Positions 1-7,036 of a stretch of 42,338 bases of DNA are shown piece by piece. The stretch's first letter is position 1. Each line of letters opens with the position of its first letter. The position numbers and the translations under genes were made by a program. The DNA is from a virus, in IMG/VR virus record IMGVR_UViG_3300009360_000004. One strand, given 5' to 3'. The notes below the pieces were generated by a model. It was not told the origin of the DNA and did no database searches. It saw nothing but the letters and a program-made list of their open reading frames with translations.

Positions 1-136
1 GACGAAGATCTCCCCTCGGCTCTCCAACTCACGGCCTGCGACATGGTGGATCACCAGATGCTGGAGATATCCGGTATCAAGTCTCAGAGTCTCGAAGGCG
101 CTTCGGTCACATACGAAAGTAGCTATTCTCAGAAGA
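1..136. repeat. Terminal direct repeat: bases 1-136 are identical to 42203-42338 (assembly overlap of a circular or circularly permuted genome; unit length 42202 bp)
   Basis: Read both ends directly; the first 136 nt and the last 136 nt are the same string (gacgaagatctcccc...ctcagaaga). Confidence 0.9.
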
Positions 137-180
137 TTCTCAACGCTCTCAACAGGTACAGGAGAGTCCGCTATGTTTAG
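1..180 (+). CDS. Head-tail connector/adaptor protein (gp6-like), 3-prime part; the 5-prime part of the same gene is 42074-42338
   Basis: Frame 1 open from base 1 to TAG at 178-180 and continuous with the ORF starting ATG 42074 through the terminal repeat; N-terminus MALLTLTQYKALRGI...DDDEDL resembles the gp6-like connector family; sits after capsid genes. Confidence 0.55.
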   Translation, partial: DEDLPSALQLTACDMVDHQMLEISGIKSQSLEGASVTYESSYSQKILNALNRYRRVRYV

Positions 181-511
181 CAAGTTCGCGACCCTGAATC
201 CTGCCTTCATTGACAAGCTGCCTCAGACCTCGTTCACTATCAAGTCGAATCCCACAGTCGCGATCGATCCGCTCACAGGCCTGCAAACAACGACATACGG
301 AACGGAGACGGAAACGACAGGCTACATCGGCACATGGAGACAGGACCAGATATCCAGCAGCAACGGCAAGCTTACACTCGAGTCTCTGAAGGTCATTCTC
401 ACGACTCAGGTTTCAGTATCAGACATACTGGAGATCAACAGTTCAGACTACCGCATCGACGTGCTGGAGATCAAGCAGGGCTACTTCGTTCTCGGAGTTA
501 ATCCCACATGA
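173..511 (+). CDS. Putative head-tail joining / head closure protein
   Basis: 112 aa ORF, ATG overlapping the upstream stop; position between connector and tail genes. Function by position only. Confidence 0.45.
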   Translation: MFSKFATLNPAFIDKLPQTSFTIKSNPTVAIDPLTGLQTTTYGTETETTGYIGTWRQDQISSSNGKLTLESLKVILTTQVSVSDILEINSSDYRIDVLEIKQGYFVLGVNPT

Positions 512-897
512 AACAGTACGGCGATCGAGATGCACACATACGCTCCAATGTGGATGAACTGAACAGATACCTTCAGATTCTCGCTGCGAAGATGGACCCT
601 GAGTGTGCGAAGTTTGTTGTTCGCGATCTTGCACTGGCAATACTTGCAGACTTGAAACTCAACTCGCCTGTCGTAACCGGGAATCTTCGAGGTAACTGGA
701 ATCTGGAAGAGATCGCAAACGCTATGGCCTATCACATCTACAACAACACGGAATATATCTTTGATGTCGAGTATGGTCAAGCAGCGAGCGCGGGATTCGT
801 CCGCAGGACACTCGAAGACTGGAGACTGAAAGCCCCTGAATTCATTCGCTCCAGGATCGAAGCCTGGATCGAAAAGAAAAGGAGGGAGGCACATTGA
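508..897 (+). CDS. HK97 gp10-like tail-completion protein (putative)
   Basis: 129 aa ORF, start overlaps upstream stop (ATGA); segment SPVVTGNLRGNWN is typical of the HK97 gp10 family. Confidence 0.5.
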   Translation: MKQYGDRDAHIRSNVDELNRYLQILAAKMDPECAKFVVRDLALAILADLKLNSPVVTGNLRGNWNLEEIANAMAYHIYNNTEYIFDVEYGQAASAGFVRRTLEDWRLKAPEFIRSRIEAWIEKKRREAH

Positions 898-1334
898 CGG
901 CCACTCTCTATCGCAACATTCAAGCGTCTCTGAGAATGTACTTCTCAGCCAAATACAGCTCGGGGACATGGTACATAGATCGAAAGAACGAGAACATGAC
1001 GGAGGACACCTTCATCGAACTTCAGACATCTCTAGGAAGGAGGCAGGATGAAAAGAAAGCGTATCAATATGATTTTGCGCAGCTCCTGGTACACAGCAAA
1101 AGCGTTGCGACGCTTGACACTGTCATTGGCACTCTCACAACGGCGATAGAAGGCGCCGGCGCGATCCCCGTCATGGACTATGTGGGTTACACGCCGCCTG
1201 AAGAGGGCGAGCCTCCGGCGGCACACACTCAAGTTGGAGAGCTTCAGATCTCCAGATACGAACTCTCCCAGCAATCGGCAATCAGCAACTACGCGGTGCG
1301 CGCAATCACCGTGTACTACGAATTCATCGAGTAA
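894..1334 (+). CDS. Putative tail component (tail terminator-like position)
   Basis: 146 aa ORF, TTG start overlapping upstream stop, preceded by GGAGGGAGG RBS. Confidence 0.4.
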   Translation: MTATLYRNIQASLRMYFSAKYSSGTWYIDRKNENMTEDTFIELQTSLGRRQDEKKAYQYDFAQLLVHSKSVATLDTVIGTLTTAIEGAGAIPVMDYVGYTPPEEGEPPAAHTQVGELQISRYELSQQSAISNYAVRAITVYYEFIE

Positions 1335-1348
1335 AGGAGGAACTTCTC

Positions 1349-1909
1349 ATGGGAAGACCATATCTTAGAAAGAAACACGTGACCATCTCGCTTTTTGATG
1401 CGACGACAACAACACCATTTACCCAGACCATCACCGGGTATGCCGACGTTCCGGAACTGCCCGAACCTGTCATAGACGCTCCGGCAGAAGGCTACGCCCC
1501 TCAAGGTGTGTTCAATTCGATCGAAGAAGGCGACGACACAATCAATCTGCCAGAGTTCTCAATCACAGTTGACATCAACGATGCAGATGTTGCGTCAAAC
1601 AAGTACGCGCTCAACGAATGGTTCAATAATCACAAAGATAGCACCGGCTCAACCACGCTCAAGTCCACGAATGACGGTTCGGCGTACCTGAAGAAGTCCA
1701 TCGACGGAAGCACTGTGTCTGCGAACCTTGCTACCGACTGGTTTACAATCGGTATGAAGATATTGTTTAACAACAGCGGAACTAGTAAAGCGTTTGGAAA
1801 GCAGTACAAGTATGTCAGACCTATTTCCGCAACTTTCAGTACCAGCAACAAGGCTCAGGTAACTCTCAGGATGCAGATAGTGGGCGCTCCGACCGACATC
1901 ACGTCGTAG
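1349..1909 (+). CDS. Putative major tail (tube) protein
   Basis: 186 aa ORF with AAAGGAGG RBS 7 nt upstream of ATG; T/S-rich beta-type composition; position in tail module. Confidence 0.4.
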   Translation: MGRPYLRKKHVTISLFDATTTTPFTQTITGYADVPELPEPVIDAPAEGYAPQGVFNSIEEGDDTINLPEFSITVDINDADVASNKYALNEWFNNHKDSTGSTTLKSTNDGSAYLKKSIDGSTVSANLATDWFTIGMKILFNNSGTSKAFGKQYKYVRPISATFSTSNKAQVTLRMQIVGAPTDITS

Positions 1910-1917
1910 GTGATGCT

Positions 1918-2157
1918 ATGAACATTGTTTATGAGATTGAACTGTACGACGGTAACGGAAAGCTGCTTGCAAAGTTTGAGAATCCGACAAAAACCACGAT
2001 CAAGGGTCCAATTACGATCGAGTCGGACAAGTTCATTGAGAACAACAAAGTCACTCTCCAATGCATTGCTACGAACGTTGTACTCGAAGAACTGAAAGAG
2101 GCTATCGTGAAGAGTCTTGGAACGAAAGAAGTAATCGACGACGAAAAAACTCTCTGA
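1918..2157 (+). CDS. Hypothetical protein (tail module)
   Basis: 79 aa ORF, ATG 1918, followed by a terminator hairpin. Confidence 0.45.
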   Translation: MNIVYEIELYDGNGKLLAKFENPTKTTIKGPITIESDKFIENNKVTLQCIATNVVLEELKEAIVKSLGTKEVIDDEKTL

Positions 2158-2186
2158 CGGAGGGGCTTCGGCCCCTTCGTTCTTTC
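2158..2186 (+). terminator. Rho-independent terminator (GGGGC-UUCG-GCCCC stem-loop plus T-rich tail)
   Basis: ggaggggcttcggccccttcgttcttt read directly; UUCG tetraloop hairpin followed by a T-rich run. Confidence 0.6.
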
Positions 2187-2198
2187 AGGAGGGATACT

Positions 2199-3557
2199 AT
2201 GGCATACAGAAAATGGCAGAAGAAAAAGACGAGTCTTAGCATAGAAGAACTCACAGAACAGGAAGTTCAAACAAGGATGCTGAATCGCACAAACAAAGGT
2301 CGATGCGGTTATACTCCTCACTTTTATGGTTCTCACTCTGGCCTTGTTGGAGCGAGAATAGGAGAGCTGGTAGCTCACAATATCCCAGACGATGCATATG
2401 GTGTGGAGTGGGATCTCAGCGACAGTTCTTCGGAGCTTACCAGGATAGGTCAAGCTGCAGGGATGGATTCTGATGACTTTGATCTTATTGAACCGTTTGC
2501 AAGTATAGAAAGAATGACTCTTGATAGTGACGGAAATTGGATAGCATCTTTTGGCGATGCGGGATTTGTTGAAGATGGTACAGCCGGTGATGTGGTATCA
2601 AGGTTCAAGAAAGCCTATTATTTTACATATTACTCGCCGGAAGACAAAAAAGTCAGAATGTACTTTTCACCTGAACCGCTGCCCGGGTTTGTACCGTTTG
2701 ACTGTTTTGTAACCGGCGGGCAAACACTCGAAGAAATATATCTAGGCGCATATGAAGGTACTGTTCAAAAAATATCAGACAGCTCATGGGTAGAAGACGC
2801 ATCAGACGGTTCGAATCCAATACAGATAGCTACTCTCGACCTTCCAGACCATATGTTACGTTCCGTCTCCGGAAGAAAGCCAAAAACTAACCAGAATTTA
2901 CCGGAGTTTCGTACTATGGCAGAGAACAGAGGCACTGGTTGGGGATTGGTTGATCTTAAACAGGCCGGAATGGTGAATCTGCTATATCTAATTAAATATG
3001 CTGATTTCGACGCTCAAACGACAGTGGGGCAGGGCATAACCGGAAAAGCATCTGGAACAGGGAACGAATCTGAATTGACTGGTGCAACAGCACTACTAGG
3101 AGCTGTGGACACAGGAGGAACCAACCTTGAAGCAGTCTCGCTATTCGGACTTGAAAACTGGTGGGGTAATATGTGGGAGTTCACAGACGGTGGTGGTATA
3201 AAGTCTGATGGGTTTTATGTAGCTCCAGATAGACCTTACAACGATACCCTAAGTGGATACACACAAATACCGTGTTCACCTCCATTGACAAACGGTTATC
3301 TGAAAGACTTTTACTGGACTCAGGACTCGAAAGGTCTGTTCCTGCCAAAAAGCGTTCAAACCGATGTTCCGTCTGCAAGCAAGTATGTGTGTGACTATCT
3401 ATATACTCCGGCAGCTTATACTACGAACTGCTTTCTACGGGGCGGCCGTTGGATTGACGGCTCGCATGCGGGGCCTTTCTATTGGCATCTGTATTATTCG
3501 TTTGCTTATCGGCATCGGAACGTCGGGGCGCGCGCCTGTTTTGTTCCTACGGTTTAA
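2199..3557 (+). CDS. DGR target protein: putative receptor-binding / tail protein with C-terminal variable region
   Basis: 452 aa from ATG 2199 (RBS caggaggg; the track ORF 2061-3557 reads through the terminator so the true start is 2199). C-terminus ...NCFLRGGRWIDGSHAGPFYWHLYYSFAYRHRNVGARACFVPTV matches the usual C-type-lectin-fold variable-region pattern of DGR targets (RGG-W...G.F...R.VGaR.C). Confidence 0.75.
   Translation: MAYRKWQKKKTSLSIEELTEQEVQTRMLNRTNKGRCGYTPHFYGSHSGLVGARIGELVAHNIPDDAYGVEWDLSDSSSELTRIGQAAGMDSDDFDLIEPFASIERMTLDSDGNWIASFGDAGFVEDGTAGDVVSRFKKAYYFTYYSPEDKKVRMYFSPEPLPGFVPFDCFVTGGQTLEEIYLGAYEGTVQKISDSSWVEDASDGSNPIQIATLDLPDHMLRSVSGRKPKTNQNLPEFRTMAENRGTGWGLVDLKQAGMVNLLYLIKYADFDAQTTVGQGITGKASGTGNESELTGATALLGAVDTGGTNLEAVSLFGLENWWGNMWEFTDGGGIKSDGFYVAPDRPYNDTLSGYTQIPCSPPLTNGYLKDFYWTQDSKGLFLPKSVQTDVPSASKYVCDYLYTPAAYTTNCFLRGGRWIDGSHAGPFYWHLYYSFAYRHRNVGARACFVPTV
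3428..3499 (+). repeat. DGR variable repeat (VR) at the 3-prime end of the target gene
   Basis: Aligns base for base with 3625-3696 (offset 197); 58/72 identical; all 14 mismatches sit where the other copy has A. Confidence 0.8.
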
Positions 3558-3624
3558 TGGTTTTCCGCGGTTTGTAACAATTTTGGTACATTAACATACA
3601 AGTTTGGTCTGTGATTGAAGGAAC

Positions 3625-3696
3625 CTGCTTTCAACAGGGCAGCAATTGGAATAACAGCTCGAATGCAGGGCCTTTCTATTGGAATCTGAATAATTA
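3625..3696 (+). repeat. DGR template repeat (TR), intergenic
   Basis: Non-coding copy of the VR carrying 22 adenines, 14 of which differ in the VR; seven AAY (Asn) codons in the VR reading frame, the classical TR signature. Confidence 0.8.
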
Positions 3697-3742
3697 CTCG
3701 TCTTACCGCATAATGACGTAAAGTGTAAAAAAAACAAACGAA

Positions 3743-3766
3743 GCAGCCTACAATAGGCTGTTTTTG
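3743..3766 (+). terminator. Rho-independent terminator immediately downstream of the TR
   Basis: cagccta-caa-taggctg hairpin followed by ttttt. Confidence 0.55.
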
Positions 3767-3809
3767 TTTATTAACGCAAATATCTTGAACCTCTACCGGA
3801 GGTGAATCT

Positions 3810-4715
3810 ATGAATGATTCAATGTATTTGGACTATGAGCTTTACGGCAATTCAGAAGCAAGAGATGAAATATACTATGACAATGGTTGGAAGTTGCTGA
3901 GACGCTGGCACAAAGAAACCGTTACTTTTGCCAGCAACACCGCAACGCTCTCAAAAGTCGGAAAAGGCGATTGTGAAGTCACGGGTGGTGTGGCAGGAGT
4001 CGTATCTGGCACCACCTGCACAGCAACCATCGCGGATGGAGACCATGAAGTTCTGTATATGCTTCTAATTCCTGAAACCACAGAAATTGGTGCGGGTGTT
4101 GGTTTTGCTACTGATAAAGACGGCGTAATGCTAGACCTTCATCAAGCCAAACAGGTCGATGTTTTTGTTGGTGATGGATATACAACCGAATTTACACTCA
4201 CTGAAACCCCGAATGGAACTGCAAGCATTAAGGCATTTGTAAATGGTCTTGAAGATACAGATGTAACCGTGACTACTACTAAGGTTACATTTACGACTGC
4301 CCCACGCCGCAAAGCGTTGGTTGAGGTTGAATATAGTCTTGCGGTCAAGTATCAGGAACCTTTGACGTATTTGGAATATCTCGAAGCCTCAGGAACCGTC
4401 GAAACAGTACCCGCTCTGGTAGATCTCACAGTCACAGAGAACGAAGAAAAGACAGGCTACGTCAACGTTGACGGTGCACCGCTCAAAGTCGCGGGTAACA
4501 AGACGTACACGGTCACAGTCAACAAAGATTTGATCGAGTCTCAGGACAATGTGCTGGAAGAATACAGAGACAAGAAATTCAGGCTCAAAGTTTCGAACTC
4601 AAGAGACTCAAGCAACGAATACCTCGGAGTCTGTCATATCGACCCCGACGCTTCTCTGGATTACCTGAACGGAACTGAATCAATCACGATAAAGTGTGGT
4701 GATCTCTATGATTAG
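3810..4715 (+). CDS. Putative structural (tail) protein, beta-rich, possible Ig-like C-terminal region
   Basis: 301 aa ORF, RBS cggaggtga before ATG 3810; T/V-rich segments (TVTVTTTKVTFTT, KTYTVTVNKD); no RT motifs. Confidence 0.45.
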   Translation: MNDSMYLDYELYGNSEARDEIYYDNGWKLLRRWHKETVTFASNTATLSKVGKGDCEVTGGVAGVVSGTTCTATIADGDHEVLYMLLIPETTEIGAGVGFATDKDGVMLDLHQAKQVDVFVGDGYTTEFTLTETPNGTASIKAFVNGLEDTDVTVTTTKVTFTTAPRRKALVEVEYSLAVKYQEPLTYLEYLEASGTVETVPALVDLTVTENEEKTGYVNVDGAPLKVAGNKTYTVTVNKDLIESQDNVLEEYRDKKFRLKVSNSRDSSNEYLGVCHIDPDASLDYLNGTESITIKCGDLYD

Positions 4716-5148
4716 CCTCGAATACGGCGTTGAAGTGATACAGCTCAAACCTAAAGACTACGAGAACTGGCTCTATTCTCCGAACGCTCCAACCGAGACA
4801 GACGCGGAATCAGGCGAAATCGTTGACAAGTGGGACACCGAGCAAGGTTCGACGTTTCAATACTTCTTGCTCACATGGGATGAGAACGGAGTGGCCACCC
4901 AGAGAGAAGTCTCGAAGCTCTACGACTTCCTGAAAGCGAAGCCGACCGTCGCAAACCCGATGACTCTCACATTCCCGATGTACCGGGAAGATGGTTCACA
5001 GTATCAGGGCAGGTTCTATGTGGTCTTTGCCGACACCGCGGGTGAGCAGCGTTGCCAATTTAATCAGGCTTTGCGCGCACCAGATGGCACGGCGTACTAC
5101 ACCGGAACGGTCGCATTGATCGAGATAGAAAGGAACGACGACGTGTAA
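4708..5148 (+). CDS. Hypothetical acidic protein (tail module)
   Basis: ORF 4696-5148; the ATG at 4708 overlaps the upstream stop; no recognisable motifs. Confidence 0.4.
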   Translation: MISLEYGVEVIQLKPKDYENWLYSPNAPTETDAESGEIVDKWDTEQGSTFQYFLLTWDENGVATQREVSKLYDFLKAKPTVANPMTLTFPMYREDGSQYQGRFYVVFADTAGEQRCQFNQALRAPDGTAYYTGTVALIEIERNDDV

Positions 5149-5167
5149 CACTCAGGGAGGGGATAAC

Positions 5168-6253
5168 TTGAAGGTCGCAGTTTACGCGATCGCAAAGAAC
5201 GAGGCTAAACACGTGCCTCGATGGTATGACTCCATCGCTGAAGCGGATGGAGTTTTTGTTACAGACACCGGTTCGACCGACAACACGGTTGAACTTCTCA
5301 AAGAACGTGGGGTCAATGTCTTTCATGCAGAGATCGAACCGTGGCGATTCGATGTAGCCAGAAACATCTCTCTTGAGAATGTACCTGAAGACTTCGACGT
5401 ATGTTTGTGCATTGATTTAGACGAAGTAATGGAGAAGGGCTGGAGAGAGAAGGTCGAGAGAATCTTTCGGCTTTACCCGCAGGCCACTCTCGTTCGCTGG
5501 CCGTTCGTGTTCAGCTGGTTCGATGAGAAATGCACGAAACCAAAGACTTCAATGTACCAGTGGAAGATTCACGTCAGACACGGTTATCACTGGGAGTCTC
5601 CCATTCACGAAATCTTGGTATGGCATGGGAATGGCGAGACTCTGGAAGTTTATTGCGAAGACATTCACAGCTGGCATTATCAGGATCTCTCGAAACCTAG
5701 AGAGTATCAGAAACTCATCGACAAGGCCGTCTCCGAAGATCCCACAGATCAACGTCTTTCATGGCTTCGTGCGAGAGAACTGATGATGCATAACAGATTT
5801 GAAGAGGCCATCGAAGAGGCCAAGAGGCACCTCGACCTCACCAAAGAGATCAAGGAAGGCGAGAACACGCTCGTTATTGAACAGCTCCGGGCGCTCTCAA
5901 TGCGGTATATCTCGCAGGCTCTCATGCAGAGACACAAGCAAGACAAGACAGTCGATGCGGGAGAAGTCATTGAATGGATGCTGAAGTCTGTGGCCGAGTG
6001 TCCCTGGCTCCGTGAATCGTGGGTGGCTCTCGCTCAAGCGTGGGCGCTCTTCGATCAGTGGGAACAGGTCTATGCGTGTGCGACTTTCGCGCAGACCATC
6101 AAGGCGAGAACGAATTCGATAGAAAACGACGAGCTGGCCTGGGGCGAGTACCCGGAAAAGCTCGCAAGAATAGCGTGGAAGCAGATCAGAAAAGGAGGGA
6201 AAAGATTTGAGCAACAAGCCAAAGACGGACGTTCAAAAAGCAGAAAAGTTTAA
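5168..6253 (+). CDS. Glycosyltransferase family 2-like protein with C-terminal helical (TPR-like) region
   Basis: 361 aa, TTG start after agggagggg RBS. N-terminus KVAVYAIAKNEAKHVPRWYDSIAEADGVFVTDTGSTDNTVELL plus downstream DLDEV (DxD) matches the GT-A fold pattern of GT2 enzymes. Confidence 0.6.
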   Translation: MKVAVYAIAKNEAKHVPRWYDSIAEADGVFVTDTGSTDNTVELLKERGVNVFHAEIEPWRFDVARNISLENVPEDFDVCLCIDLDEVMEKGWREKVERIFRLYPQATLVRWPFVFSWFDEKCTKPKTSMYQWKIHVRHGYHWESPIHEILVWHGNGETLEVYCEDIHSWHYQDLSKPREYQKLIDKAVSEDPTDQRLSWLRARELMMHNRFEEAIEEAKRHLDLTKEIKEGENTLVIEQLRALSMRYISQALMQRHKQDKTVDAGEVIEWMLKSVAECPWLRESWVALAQAWALFDQWEQVYACATFAQTIKARTNSIENDELAWGEYPEKLARIAWKQIRKGGKRFEQQAKDGRSKSRKV

Positions 6254-6773
6254 TCTCAAAGAGATGATGAAGGATCCCGGCAAGAAGGGATACTTCAGAT
6301 CTCACGGATACTCGGAAATCAAGGTCACGCGCATGAACGAAGAGGGCGAGATGGTCGTTGAGTATCCGAGAATTGAAATCTATCCTCTCGGGGATCACCC
6401 TGTGCTGAAACAATATCAAGATAAGTTCCCCGTTCCCGAGGCCCCAAAAACGATGCGGCTCATAAACAAGAACAACGGGAAAGAGTTCATCGACGAAGGG
6501 CTCTCGATCGAGCAGGCGAAGAACGACCCGAACTATGCCTGGGGCATGGTATATGACTACACCGACGGAGAATACCGCAAAGCAGTCGAGAAGCGAAGCA
6601 GCGATATCTCGATACTCATGATCATGATCTGTCTCGATATGGTCGAGGAGTTCGGGATCGAGAAGATAGAAGAGTTTCAGGAGGCTCTCAAAGATCTGGG
6701 CTTCACCGCAAATCAGCTCAACAAAATCGGGAGTGATATCAAGGCGCTGGATTTTTTGCCCAGCAAGAGCTAG
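6207..6773 (+). CDS. Tail assembly chaperone (gpG-like), upstream partner of a -1 frameshift pair
   Basis: 188 aa ORF immediately upstream of the tape measure gene, TTG start after aaaggaggg RBS; run of six T (6752-6757) near its 3-prime end; the -1 frame is open from 6737 to 7018. Confidence 0.55.
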   Translation: MSNKPKTDVQKAEKFNLKEMMKDPGKKGYFRSHGYSEIKVTRMNEEGEMVVEYPRIEIYPLGDHPVLKQYQDKFPVPEAPKTMRLINKNNGKEFIDEGLSIEQAKNDPNYAWGMVYDYTDGEYRKAVEKRSSDISILMIMICLDMVEEFGIEKIEEFQEALKDLGFTANQLNKIGSDIKALDFLPSKS

Positions 6774-7018
6774 AATACCGGGTACGTGACTGGTATGACT
6801 GGGACAGATTCGAGTACGAAGAGGAGTATGTCCCTGAAGCTCTGAAAGTGATGCTCTGCATACAGAAGTTTGGCCTCACGCTCGAGGAGTGGAGAGACCT
6901 GAAACGAGAGGACCAGCTGGTCTATCTCTACGGAATGACGGGAATCTCGATGCTCGAAAGGCGCGAAGCGGAGAGGGCAAAACAGGCAAGCCAGAATAGA
7001 GGGAGCGTTCTTGATTGA
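6752..7018 (+). other. Putative -1 programmed frameshift site (T TTT TTG) and gpT-like extension ORF
   Basis: Slippery heptamer at 6752-6758 in the zero frame of the chaperone; the -1 frame has no stop from 6737 to TGA 7016-7018 and no good start of its own; classic G/GT arrangement before a tape measure gene. Confidence 0.45.
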
Positions 7019-7036
7019 GCGCTCCTTTCTTTTGGA

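Noticed and set aside
2061-2198. N-terminal extension of the DGR target ORF as listed in the ORF track (start 2061)
   Set aside because: The extension overlaps the upstream gene and runs through the terminator hairpin at 2158-2186; a strong RBS precedes ATG 2199, so 2199 is taken as the start.
3810-6253. Considered whether the genes just downstream of the TR (3810-4715, 5168-6253) could be the missing DGR reverse transcriptase
   Set aside because: Neither has RT motifs; 3810-4715 is a beta-rich structural-type protein and 5168-6253 has a GT-A glycosyltransferase N-terminus with DxD.
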